Origin: Octopus vulgaris
Taxonomy: Eukaryota
Direction: 5' to 3'
Assembly: GCA_951406725.2 (NCBI GenBank)
Contig: OX597815.1
Coordinates: 115,196,001-115,260,000 of the forward strand
DNA: 64,000 nucleotides
Below the pieces are notes generated by a model that had not been told where the DNA came from, made no database searches, and was given only the letters and a program-made list of their open reading frames with translations. Each line of letters opens with the position of its first letter. The stretch's first letter is position 1. Shown here in pieces: positions 24,691 through 37,376 of the stretch. A program made the translations under genes and the position numbers.

Positions 24691-26221
24691 TGTGCTTATC
24701 ATAGAATGAATTATTTAGGCAACCTATTCACAGAGCCCAGGCTGAAACATTATACTTCTTCCCCCAGTTTTTTTATTTACTCTTTCTACTTATCTCCATA
24801 TACAAAATCTCAAAACCCATTGGACTAATGATTGAATGACTGACAAATAACCTGTGGAGATAAATAGTATAGATAAGATAGTAAAAGATCTAATTTGAGG
24901 AGAAGAAATGTCAAATTCGTTGTGGTCAATATCAAATTCATTGTTTAATCAATAATAGATATATGGCTTGAGTCCTGTTAGTTGTCTGTTGCACTTTTCT
25001 CTCTCAAATATCTTTGTACTTATCATATCTAATATTCATATTAGTGGTGAGCTGGTAGAATCGTTTGCACACCAGACAAAATATTTTGCAGCATTTTTTC
25101 CAGCTTTATATTCTGAGGTCATCTTTGCTTTTCATCCTCTCAGAGTCAATAAAATAAGTACCAGTTGAACACTGAGATAGATGTAATCGACTAACTCCCC
25201 CCCACTACCGAAATTTCTAGATTTTTGTTTGTTGTAGAGAGGATAGTAGTCCTTTTGTTACCATATTTATGTTAAAATACATTGCCTTTGTTTCAGATAA
25301 TTTTTAAAATAATGAAAAATTTAATTTTGTCATTATCAAGCTGGTGTTTGGAATATAAATCAACTTGAGATTAACCTTAAAACTGAAATTAACATTAATG
25401 CATGATGTTTGCAACAAAGAACTATGGGTGGGAGTAGTGATGGGTGGGGTTGGTATCAAAAGATTTGAAGTTCAGTAAATAACTAATAACAAGGGATTTT
25501 ATCTCAAAATATACAAATACACAGCAGCAATAAAGTGACTAATAGTTGTGATGCTAAGGTGTAAATCTACAGAATACCTGCTCAGGAAGTTAAAGTTTCA
25601 TCCCAATTATTTTGCTGTGATCTCACCTGTAAGGCATTGAGGTCTGTTTCTCGTGACAGAGTGCAAAAAGAAAAAGACCCCTGAAAATATAACAGCAGGT
25701 GTAAAATCCCCTTTCAACTTCAGAGGGAAGTGGTAAGATATAGTAAGACCAGGTTTATAAATAAATAACACTTGCTCCAATAGCATGAAAATATCTAAAT
25801 TTACAAAAAGAAAAAGAACAAAAACAAAAAGAAAGAAAATAAAGAAGTATATAACTTTGGACCATCTACAATGTGCTCCAGTGAACTGTATCCTAAAATA
25901 AGTACAGTAGTAAAGTATCACTGGTCTCCAGAGTTGAGAATCTTCAAAGCTCCAACCATATTCAATATATGGTGTCTAGGAAATGGGAGTGACAGTGTGC
26001 AAAGGAAGTGGAATAGTCAAAATGAAATCATTCATGGAAAATATGACCAATGAACAAAATGAATTCAGTTCAATTACAGCTTCATTCACTGCCACAAATG
26101 AATGGATATTTGCACTCATAACACTTTCAGACAGCAAATATGGTAAATAATCACACACACACACACGCGCACGCGCGCGCGCACGCACGCACACACGCAC
26201 GCACTCACACACACATGTATA

Positions 26222-26273
<52 letters not shown>

Positions 26274-26862
26274 GTGTTGGATTCGTGATCATAAGGCCAT
26301 GAGTTTGATTCCTAGATCAGATGGTATGTTGTGTCCTTGAACAAGGCACTTCATTTCACATTACTCAAGTCTGCTCAGTTGTAATGAGTACTAGTCAGGT
26401 GCTGGTGCAGCCATTTCCCTCCAGGTGTCACATCCTGGATGTTCTGCTGGATGAAGAATGAAGATACAGAGAGGGTATTTATACCTGCTTGCATCTACAT
26501 AAATGCCTAAAACAATTAGTGAAAGCATGGTACATGTTACCAAGAATTATTTGCTGAAGAGAGAAAATAGCAGTACTTATTTTGCTTTGTTATTCAAAAC
26601 ACAAGGTCTGAAATTTAGTGGGAGGGGCTAAATCAATTACACCTACCCAAGTGCTCAACTGGTACCGATTTTATTGCTCCTGAAAGGATGAAAGGCAAAG
26701 TCAACCTTGGCAGAATTTGAACTCAAAACAAAAGTATCAGGTCCTGCTGCTTTCCAATTGCTTATCTTTTTACTCATATTTGTTATACTGTCTTCTGTGA
26801 AGTGGATAGCCTCTTGTTGCGGAATAAGAAGCTGTTTGCTTCAGGCTGCAGAGCCATTCAGC

Positions 26863-26924
<62 letters not shown>

Positions 26925-27112
26925 GCTTTATTTCTCAGAGTGCTTGGTCTTGTTTACTCTGATATATTCTGTGAGAACAGACAACAGCCTGTTGTCGGAG
27001 GTCTCACAGGTGACTTTCCACACAATTTAAGCGTTGATACTTGGTTGTTAATCATTGTGGAAGACATTCAACGTCTAAATACCAATCTCAAAATACTAGC
27101 TGTCACCCACTA

Positions 27113-27143
<31 letters not shown>

Positions 27144-27394
27144 TTCAAGAACTATGTCAAAGAAATCAAAATTGACATGAGAGCAGAGCAAGTCCCCAAA
27201 ACCGCTCTCCTGGCAACAGCTAGGATTTTGAGATTGGTGCTTGGGTATTGAATGCCTTTCACAATAATTAACAACCAATTGTCAAAGCTTATAATGTGTG
27301 GAAAGAGACTCCGTGAGACCTCTGACAGCAGGCTGCTGACAGCTCTCACAGAATCAACCAGAGCAAGCAAGACCAAGCACTCTGAGAAGTAAAA
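26925..27394. mobile_element. Two inverted 3' ends of an R4/Dong-type non-LTR element around a (TAA)n tract
   Basis: 27143-27394(+) translates ..EQVPKTALLATARILRLVLGY*, typical of the R4-clade C-terminus (QK.ALLGTA.ILR.VL). 26925-27108 is its reverse-complement homolog. Confidence 0.65.
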
Positions 27395-27399
27395 TCCTT

Positions 27400-27955
27400 T
27401 TTTACTTTAGCACAAGGCCAACAATTTTGAGGAAGTCAATTGCATCAACCCAAGTGCTCAACTGGTACTTATTCTATGCACTCCCAGTGCCCAGCAGCGC
27501 TTATTTTATTGATCCCAAAAGGATGAATGACAAAGTCAACTTTGGCAGTATTTGAACTCAAGATTTAAAGATGGACAAAATGCCATTAAACATTTTATCC
27601 ATCTTCACTTTCTGAGTTGAAATGTTGCCAAAGTTGACCTTGTCTTTCATCATTTCAACATCAATAAAATAAGTACCAGTTGAGCATTGAGGTCAATGTA
27701 ATCAATTTATCCATTTCCCTAAAATTACTGGTCTTGAGTAAAAATTTGAAACTATTATTTTAAGGTGGTGAGCTGGCAGAATTGTTAGCACATCAGACAA
27801 AATGCTTAGCACCATTTCTTTTGGCTTTCTTCGAGAGTTCAAATAATGCCAAGGTTATCTTTGCCTTTAGTCCTTTTGGGGTCAATAAAATAAAGCACCA
27901 GCCAATTACTGGAGTAAGCATAACTAACTTACCCTTCTGTTAAAATTAGAAAGAT
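27400..27955. mobile_element. Cluster of SINE family 2 copies in mixed orientation
   Basis: Same motifs as 24027-24690. 27400-27600 is minus; 27605-27755 and 27764-27955 are plus. Confidence 0.7.
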
Positions 27956-28456
27956 TCTTATTATCATTTACAACTAGCATTTTGCAATGCTTAAAAATTT
28001 CTGTATATATTTTGGGGTAATTTAATTAATTAGTTAGTATTTGGCATTCATTATTTAGCATTTATTTATTTACTCAATGTGTGACTGGTAATTTATGTGC
28101 AACTATCCTATTGATAACAAGTTGTTATCCTAATTAAATAAATCTATTTTAAGATATTTTCCCATAGTTACCTGCCTGCAACTGAGACAGTGACCTGCAT
28201 TTCAGACTAAGCTATTTTGAAAAAAAAAAGTGATTTTTCTTTTATTTGTGAAACATAGTAAAGATTGAGACTTTTGTAGACTAAACACATGATACTATGC
28301 AAATGTATTTTATAAATTACTGTAATTGGATCTTGGTTTACTTTAGTGCTGAGACACTTAACTTATCAGGTTCTAACAATAATAATAATGTATATATATA
28401 TACATACATTCTAATAATAATGTATATGATATATCTCTATGCATTTATCTAAATAT

Positions 28457-28501
<45 letters not shown>

Positions 28502-28524
28502 TACATACACACACACACACACAC

Positions 28525-28633
<109 letters not shown>

Positions 28634-28734
28634 CATATATACATATATATATTATAATGGAATAAGTACTATGAAGCATTGTGTAGAATATATTGTATAA
28701 AGGATCATGGGTAAGGCCAAAACAAGTTAAAGTA

Positions 28735-28951
28735 AATGCAAGGCAGATCACAAGAAAACAAGTATGTGAATTAATGTAGACTTACCTTGTATTCAATATT
28801 TCGGGGTTAAGACCCCATTTTCAAGAAATAGACAAATATTGCCAGCAACATTCATCTATTTCTTGAAAATGGGGTCATAACCTGAAACATTGAATAGAAG
28901 GTAAATCTACATTAATTCACATACTTGTTTTCTTGTGATTTACCTTGCATT
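28735..28951. mobile_element. About 217-bp palindrome of two head-to-head arms with a variant hammerhead motif
   Basis: Arms of about 100 bp are near-perfect reverse complements. Right arm: TCTATTTC-TTGAAAA-T-GGGGT-CATA-ACCT-GAAAC-ATT-GAATAGA. The left arm on the minus strand has GGGGT-CTTA-ACCCC-GAAA. Followed by (TA)n. Confidence 0.65.
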
Positions 28952-29768
28952 GATATATATATATATTCAATGATAAAATATAGCAAGTATCAGTATTCTA
29001 ATTAACTTGTAGCCATACCTTAGCTGCTCTTCTTGTTAGTGACTTTATCTTATCTTAAACTGGCACAAAACTTGTTCTCCTTACATCAAGGTTCGACAAG
29101 AACAAAATAAATGAATAAATAAATAAACTAAAAAATGAAGGAATGAATAAATAAATAGATGAATGAATGAATAAATAAATAAATGAATAAAATTAAAAAA
29201 GAAAATTGCTTTCATAAGGAAAGGAAAATAAGAAAAAGTTTGACCTTTCTTTAGCTGTTATTACCTACCCAAACTTACAACAATTCCAATATGCTGTCCT
29301 ACATAAATCTACACATACACACATTGGACAAAATAAAAAGTAGTTTAAACCAATAAATGATTGCCATAAGAAAGAAAGTTTCACTTATGAAATTCTCTGA
29401 CCTGAATACATTGTTTTTCTTTAATTAATTTGTAACATAGAAACATAGAAACCTCTGTTATTACATAATTCTAACATAATCTTTTAATGTATTTTAATTG
29501 ATTTTCTAGTCTTTTTTTTTACATTTACATTTGCATACTTTTTTGCCAAAGTAGGAACATATGAAATTATAATTTTTGCCTTCAGAATTAGTTGTTGAGT
29601 GAAGAGAAGGACCAACTGTAAAAATAAGCTAACATGTTTGTGTGTGAAGCTATAGGAGAAATCAGTAAAGGATGTTGGACACTTCAGTGGCTTTTGCTGA
29701 ATTCTTAAAAGCATGTGAATAGATTGGTGTAGTAGCTTTTCTTTTCCCTTTCTTCTAAATCAGAAGAA

Positions 29769-29802
<34 letters not shown>

Positions 29803-29954
29803 GGAGGGAGAGAGACTGTGTGTGAGTGTACATGTACATATATAAAGGGGGTTTGGACTAAATTTGATGATTTTTTTTTGTCTCCTGTTTTCAGGAACAG
29901 TTTAATGTATTGATGAACAATATTGGAGAGCATAAAAATTAAAAGTAGAGTGCT

Positions 29955-30680
29955 GGAAGCCATCTGATTTTTGGAAAAGAGTTACCTGTGCCTTGATGAT
30001 TCACACCAGGTATCAAAATGCCAACGTCATGACTGTTATTCAATGCTCTGTGAACACTACAAAAGCTATAAGATGTAAGATGGACAGCGTCAATGGGGTC
30101 TTTGAAGCTGTAGACAGCAGGAAGGGATACATCAGGCATTCTGACTGCATCTGCTCATCAGAATTCAACACTGCATCTTTGAACAGGGCTTTAGGCTCAA
30201 TTCAGATGACTATGTAATGCTATGGGAAACTATAGTCAATCCTTGGCTGAAGAGGGTTGTTACTGGAAGGCCATATGCATGGCAATGGGATTCTCCAGCT
30301 TCTGGCCATACTTGCAGAAAGAGTTAAAAGTAGCTGTTGGAGAATTTCTACAACTTCACCATCCCCAATTTCTGGCCTCCTAATTCCCAACTGTAATCCC
30401 ATGGATTTCTATGGGTGAGTCACAGTTGAGAAAGACACCCACTGTTCTACTTGCACCACCAAGGCCAAGATCAAGGCGGTGTTGGAAGATCTTCCTAGAG
30501 ATGTGGGTTCTGGAGTCATCTTGAGGCCATGATAGAAGCTGAGGACAGCTACTTTGAGTAAAGTGTTATCTCTCAACCATAATCTAGTTGATATTTTTTT
30601 GATTTCTAAAAATATTTTTATTTTGGATGGGATATGGTGTTTCCTTTCTCCTTTTTATGCAAAATGCCAAATTTAGGGAG
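29955..30680 (+). mobile_element. Decayed Tc1/mariner (maT/DD37D-like) transposase fragment
   Basis: ..VNPWLKRVVTGRPYAWQWDSPA.GHT.RKS....LENFYNF..PNFWPPNS...NPMDF.. matches the 'WQQDSAP.HT...WPPNSPDLNP.D' DDD core. Internal deletion and stops. Confidence 0.7.
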
Positions 30681-32611
30681 CAATGGAAGAGAAACAATAA
30701 TATGTATGTATGTCAGGTTACTTGTGAGTGCTACTGGTAGCATTTAATCCTGTACAATCTACTGCATAGCTGGGTCATTGACAACTAAACTGGCAACTCC
30801 ACTAAGCTTGTTTAGTGAGGAGAGTAATTGGACACCCTGCAGGATGAAAAACAAAATCTGTCATTAAAGTCAACAGCTATCCAATACTGTGCACACATGT
30901 TTGGTCCTGCTATTTCTCATAGATAGAGGTAGTTTCTGCTTTGACAAATTGATGATTTTGGTGCAGAAAACACAGTGGCTGTGCAGAGGATTGACTCATT
31001 TACATCAGGTTCAGTCAGCAAAGAATCATGGGAATGAGAATGTAGGCATGATGTTACCACATTACTGAGAGTCAGTGACCCCTAGTCCTTGTTACATCTC
31101 TCTGGAAGGAAAACTCTAATGTAAAACTTGTGCTTAAATCACAGCCAATGATGTTGACTAGTATTTTGGTGGAGTGGGGGATCTGTCATCTTGTGTTCAG
31201 CTAATGGGATTGGTTGTGTGCAAGGCCTCTCCTAACTTTAAAAAGCATCATGCACAGGTATCATTTGATGTACCGGCATTGTTCCCTTATACTCAAGAAT
31301 GAAAAAGCAGCTATCATATACATGTTTCTGAACACTTGACCTACCATATTGCAGAACATCTGCCTGCTCATAGAATTAGCATGTAAATGGCTGAGTATTC
31401 CACAGACAAATATATCCTTAATGCATTCCTTAAACAGAATTAGAACCACAATAGTGTGTGACAAGGCTGTTGGTTATTGTTGAGTGTATTTCAGTGCATT
31501 TCCTTGAAATTTATGTAATTGCGACAAAGATGACTTTATTGATTTTATATAGGTTTATGTTCTTTGTTGATTTTATATAGGTTTATGTTCTTGTCACATT
31601 TGACAAGGATTTTGTTTGACTTTTTTATAGTGACTAATTTTGTTTGTTACAAGCTTTTGAAATGAGGGATTGAAGTTTCAGAATTTTACCACACAGCCAC
31701 ACCTGTTGTTGTCGTCATCATTATCAGTGTCATCATTGTTGACAGCAGTAGCAGCAGGAGCACCATTTAATGTCTGTTTTCCTTGCTGGCATGGATGGAT
31801 ATTTCTACAGGAACTGACAAGTCAGAAGATTGCATCAAACTCTGCCGTCTGTTTTGGCATGGTTTCTATGGCTCAATGCCCTTCATAATGCCTGTGTAAC
31901 ATAAACAAGAATATCTTCAGATTTTTTGTCCAGAGATTTTCTTGAAGTAATTAGTCTGCCTTGCTCATCAATTAGGGTCTTTAATTTCTTTTGTAACCAA
32001 CTTATCTTACATCCTGGAATACAATACTGTATACATACCAACACTCCTTATCTTAGCTTAGCACAACATGTTACATAACTTTGATTATATTGTTTATGCT
32101 TACATCTAGTCAAATAGAAGAAGTGCCTCAAAACTTGATCAGTTGGTAACATAGTTCCTGATGTGCAGGCAATATGTTTTTGAAAAACTTTCAACAGTTT
32201 TATCTGTTAAAATAATTTTTCTCATATTCAGAAATTCAAATTTTAAGGTAATGAATTTTAATCCAAACTATTTCTAATATATACACCTATAATATTATCA
32301 TAATCATCATCATTTTTACATCCACTTACCCATGCTCACACTTGCCTGGCAGAATTTTGTTGGGGTGGATTTTCTACTATTGAAAACCCTTCCTGTCACC
32401 AACCTTCATCTACTTCTGAATAAAGCACTATTTCATCATAATTAGATATGCCTTCTCAGAAGATTGAGAATGAAGGACATCACTTACTGATAGTGACATT
32501 CATTTACAACTATCACACCTTGTCAAAGCCAGAAGATGGGAACACACTTATACATACACACATGCACACATGCACGCACATATATATGTGTGTGTGTGTT
32601 TGTGTGTATGT

Positions 32612-32708
<97 letters not shown>

Positions 32709-32914
32709 AAGTTAATCCAAACAAGAAGGCACAAAAAAACACAACAACGCAAGGACATGGAACAAATATAGTATTATTGGACGCTCAGGAAAGAAGGGAA
32801 GAAGGAGGGCTTAACGTTTCGAGCGGAGCTCTTCGTCGGAAACATAGGAGAAGGAAAGATCCAGAGAAGGGAAGACAGAGGAAAAAAGATCACCAACAGT
32901 ACACACGTGGTCAC

Positions 32915-32915
<1 letters not shown>
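32709..32915 (-). mobile_element. Short hammerhead-motif element, family A copy 2, inserted in (TA)n
   Basis: Minus strand: GTTT-CCGACGA-A-GAGC-TCC-GCTC-GAAAC-GTT-AAG (32809-32844). Downstream ttcctgagcgt.. is shared with the copy at 8.8 kb. Confidence 0.6.
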
Positions 32916-32959
<44 letters not shown>

Positions 32960-33414
32960 CTACATATATTCTAGAAGTATATGTGTCAAGCCTAATTGCA
33001 TTTATCTGCATTACACCTTCATATCAGATTGTTTTGGATCTCTCGACACCATGGACCTTGTCCTGAGTGCAGACTTCAAAGTTTTAACTCAAATACACTT
33101 AAGCACTACAATGCATCATTGTCGTTTAACATCCACTTTTCATGCTGGCATGGGTTGAACAGTTTGACATGGAGCTGGCTAGCAGGGAGATGTCCAGATA
33201 TTAATTGTCTGTTGTGAGATCATGGTTTCAAAACCCAGATAACTGATGTGTTGTGTTCTTGAACAAAAAAGTAGAAAAAAAGTTTTTTTCACATTACTCC
33301 AATCCAGTCAGCTGCAATGGGCTGGCATTCTGTTAAGAGATACAGTTTGGCTACCCACTTAGCCAGTGGGGTAGCATCATTCAGAAGTTACAACAATGTG
33401 AGGTTGTGCATTGT

Positions 33415-33675
33415 AAAGCAAAATAAAGTTACTATCTCAAGTCATGCCGAATTATAAGGGTTGACTTCCTGGTTTCCATGGCATATATATATTCCCCACT
33501 TGGATAGGACACAGGCCCATCACACTATTACACATATTTGTCAGCTGAGTGCACTGGAGCAATGTGAAATGAAGTGTTTTGCTCAAGAACATGTGTCATG
33601 TAGTCCAGGAATCAAAACCACAATCTTACAATCATGAGTCCAACACCACAACCTCTAAGCCATGCGCCTCCATAA
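33415..33675 (-). mobile_element. SINE family 3 copy with 10-bp TSD, nested in an older repeat
   Basis: TSD TGTGCATTGT at 33405-33414 and 33676-33685; head ggaggcgcatggcttagaggt.. on the minus strand. Confidence 0.75.
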
Positions 33676-33730
33676 TGTGCATTGTGGTGTATAATAAAAT
33701 CTGATAGTCTGGTTGATACAGTGTTGTTAC

Positions 33731-35229
33731 ATCATCATCATCATCATCATCGTTTAACGTCCGTTCTCCATGCTAGCATGGGTTGGACGGTTCGACCGGG
33801 GATCTGGGAAGCCAGAAGGCTGCCCCAGGCTCCGGTCTTGTTTCTACAGCTGGATGCCCCTCCTAACGCCAACCACTCCGTGAGTGTAGTGGGTGCTTTT
33901 TACGTGCCACCTGCACTGGGGCCAGGCGAGGCTGGCATCGGCCATGGTCAGATTGGTGAATTTTACGTGCCACCTGCACGGAAGCCAGTCAAGGCGGCAC
34001 TGGCTTCAGCTATGATTTGGATGGTGCTTTTTACGTGCCACCGACACGGAAGCCAGTCGAGGTGGCGCTGGCATCGGCCACAATTCGGATAGTGCTTTTT
34101 ACGTATCTCCACTCCAGGGGTCCTGGCATCTGCCAGGTGCCACTCATAGGATTGGTTCAATTTCGATTCCAATTACGATTTCGATTTCACTTGCCCCAAC
34201 AGGTCTTCGCAAGCAAAGGGGGGTAGGCATAGGTGCCTGTCGTTGGATGAGGTTCGATATCGACTTCGCTTGCCTCAACAGGTCTTTGTGTGTCCAAGGG
34301 AGGAAAGGCATGCATAAGTGGGCTGGACTCACTTGTCCTGCCTGGTCTTTTCACGCACAGCATATTTCCAAAGGTCTCGGTCGCAGGTCATTTCCTCAGT
34401 GAGACCTAAAGTTTGAAGGTCGTGCTTCACCACCTTGTCCCAAGTTTTCCTGGGTCTACCTCTTCCACGGGTTCCCTCCACTGCTAGGGATTGGCACTCT
34501 TTCACACACCTATCTTCATCCATTCTCGCCACATGACCATACCAGCGCAATCGTCTCTCTTGCACACCACAACTGATACTCCTTAAGTCCAACATTTCTC
34601 TCAGGGTACTAACGCTCTGTCGAGCATGCACACTGACATTACACATCTATCGGAGCATACTGGCTTCATTTCTCGCGAGCTTATGCATGTCCTCAGCAGT
34701 CACGGCCCATGTTTCACTGCCATGTAGCATGGCTGTTCGTACACATGCATCATACAGTCTGCCTTTTACTCTGAGTGAGAGGCCTTTAGTCACCAGCAGA
34801 GGTAAGAGCTCCCTAAACTTTGCCCAGGCTATTCTTACTCTAGCCGTTACACTTTCAGCACACCCACCCCCACTACTGACTTGGTCACCAAGATAACAGA
34901 AGCTATCAACTACTTCTAGTTTTTTCCCCTGGAAAGTGACGGAAGTTGTTTTCTGCAGATTTTTCAGAGGTTAATGCTCCCGAGCATCAGCCATATACAA
35001 AAACTATCTTCCCAGTTAGCCTTCCTTTGACATTGCTGCACCTCTTATGTGTTCATAGCTTACACTGGGTACATCTTATAGAGTTTCTACCTACACCTTT
35101 TCTACAGATCGAGCAGGGCCATCTTCCTGAAGACATTTGTGGATTGTCTACCTTCCTACTTATTAGTACTTTGGTTTTAGCTAGGTTGACTCTAAGGCCC
35201 CTCGATTCTAGACCCTCCTTCCACACCTG
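33731..35229 (-). mobile_element. 5'-truncated RTE LINE (RT C-terminus + 3' UTR + (GAT)n tail)
   Basis: ORF 34329-34646 (..RRLRWYGHVARMDEDRCVK..GTRGRGRPRKTW..) and upstream GSETWA/YLG motifs. Homologous to 40.4-41.7 kb in inverse orientation. Confidence 0.9.
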
Positions 35230-35990
35230 TATTACAAGTAATACAATTTGATAAGGAAAATGATAACAGAGCTACTGCAACAGAAAATGGTAACAGAACA
35301 TTTGGAAGGCTCTTGGACATCTTCAACTGAGAAAATAGTGTATAATTTGTAAAAACAAAAGGAATAATTTCATTTGAACATGCAGTGAAACCAAAGCATT
35401 ACCTTTGCACACACACAGACAGGCACACACGCACGCACACACACACACACACATGCGCACACGCACAAACCCATTGATAGGTGGACCTATGAAGGCCTGA
35501 GTTGTAGTTTAAAGAAACCAAAGTCTAGTAGTAATGACTGAACAAATATTTTTTGAGATTAAATTCAGTTAACTGAGGAAAGAGCCTATTTTATTAATTT
35601 GCAAACTCATTCCTTTTCATAAATCTGCAGCATCAGAATTCATTACTAATAAAATAAGCTTCAATTTTTCTCAATTTTATCATGAATATAAAATAAATTT
35701 CCTACTTTCTCATGTTTTAAAATTGTACTAAAAAAGACAATGTAGAATATTGCTAAATGATATTAATTTTTATCTGATATTTTTACGTGTATTTGGAGCT
35801 GACCAAATATTCTGGATATTTTTTCCCAAATGCTTTTTTTTCTGATTTCTGTTATGCTCTACTCAGTTTTTATGATTATATAAGATCATATAAGCATTGC
35901 ATTTAGTAATTATAACACTGGATTTAAATGATACTTAAACCTTTAGCATTCAAATTATTCTATCAAATGTAATGTTTATTTATTTACATA

Positions 35991-36700
35991 CATCATCATC
36001 ATCATCATCGTTTAATGTCCACTTTCCATGCTAGCATGGGTTGGATGATTTGACTGAGGACTGGTAAACCAGATGGCTGCACCAGGCTCCAATCTGATCT
36101 GGCAGAGTTTCTACAGCTGGATGCCCTTCCTAATGCCAACCACTCCGAGAGTGTAGTGGGTGTTTTTATGTGCCACCGACATGAGGGCCAGTCAGGCAAT
36201 ACTGGCAACAGCCATGCTCAAATGTTTTTTTTTATACATGCTACCTGCACAGGAGCCAGTTCAGCGGCACTGGCAATGACCTCGCTAGAATGTTTTTTCA
36301 CATGCCACCAACACAAGTGCCAGTAAGGTGACACTGGTAACGATCATGCTCGAATGATGCTTTTTATGTGTCACCGGCACAGAAGCCAGTTTGCTACTCT
36401 GGCAGCGATTATGCTCAGATGGTGCTCTTAGCGCTCCACTAGCACAGATGCCAGTCATCGAATTTGATTTCAATTTTGATTTCACTTGCCTCAACAGGTC
36501 TTTGCAAGCAGAGCTTAGTGTCCAATGAAGGAAAGGTATGCATAAGTGGGCTGGTTACACCCCTGGCATAGGCCACAAGGCTATGGTTTCACTTGGCTTG
36601 CCGGGTCTTCTCAAACACAGCATATTTCCAAAGGTCTCAGTCACTAGTCATTGTCTCAGTGAGGCCTAATGTTCAAAGGTTGTGCTTCACCACCTCATTC
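35991..36700 (-). mobile_element. RTE LINE 3' end inserted in a piggyBac-like MITE remnant
   Basis: RTE tail plus ORF end (..VVKHNL..LGLTE..). The flank starts ttaaacctttagcattcaa (about 35936) and appears to resume at about 36703. Confidence 0.75.
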
Positions 36701-37204
36701 CATTGTTTTGAATTAATCATGACTCATTTCATAACTTTGAGATTTCAATGATGTGACTATCTATATTTAAAATGACATTCTAGAATAGGTAGAGGCCGGA
36801 TCTGGCCAGTTTGAACATAAAACAAACAGAATATTTTGGCTGGATATAGCTTGGCAACTTTTGTAGGTTTGATTATGTTCCTGTAACTTAGAGGTTCAGC
36901 AAAAGAGACCAATAACATAAGAACCAGACTTAATAAAATAAGTACTAGGGTTGATTTATTTGACTAAACCCTTCAAGGTAGTGCATCAGCATGGCCACAA
37001 CACAGTCACTGAAACAAGAACAAAAAGAAGTATAGTGGTATTTCATATGGAAATGAATACGTCAAACTTTAAAATATCTTGATAATGGAGTGGATAAACA
37101 ATGTCTGGTGGAAAAAGGTTTTATATTTTAAATTTTTAAAAAAGGCTCTCCCAAAACTGAGGTGCATCTTATAAGTTTATGTGATTTATAAACTATCAAA
37201 TGCA

Positions 37205-37376
37205 GTAGTTTAATATATAGATATACCAATACAGACAATTTAGTATATAGATGTACCAACAGTGGCATAGATTAATGTGTAGATGTACCAACAGTAATAT
37301 TAGTTAATATATAGGTGTACTAACAGTGAATAGTTTAATACATCGGTGTACCAACAGTAATATAGTTTACTATATA
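37205..37376. repeat. About 31-bp minisatellite (about 5.5 units; one more unit at 37870-37905)
   Basis: Unit approximately atatagatgtaccaacagtaatatagtttaa. Confidence 0.75.

Noticed and set aside
33885-34145. Repeat-spacer appearance suggestive of a CRISPR array (also the 31-bp array at 37.2k)
   Set aside because: The linkers are homologous to each other, the first array lies in a LINE 3' UTR, the context is eukaryotic and there are no cas genes.
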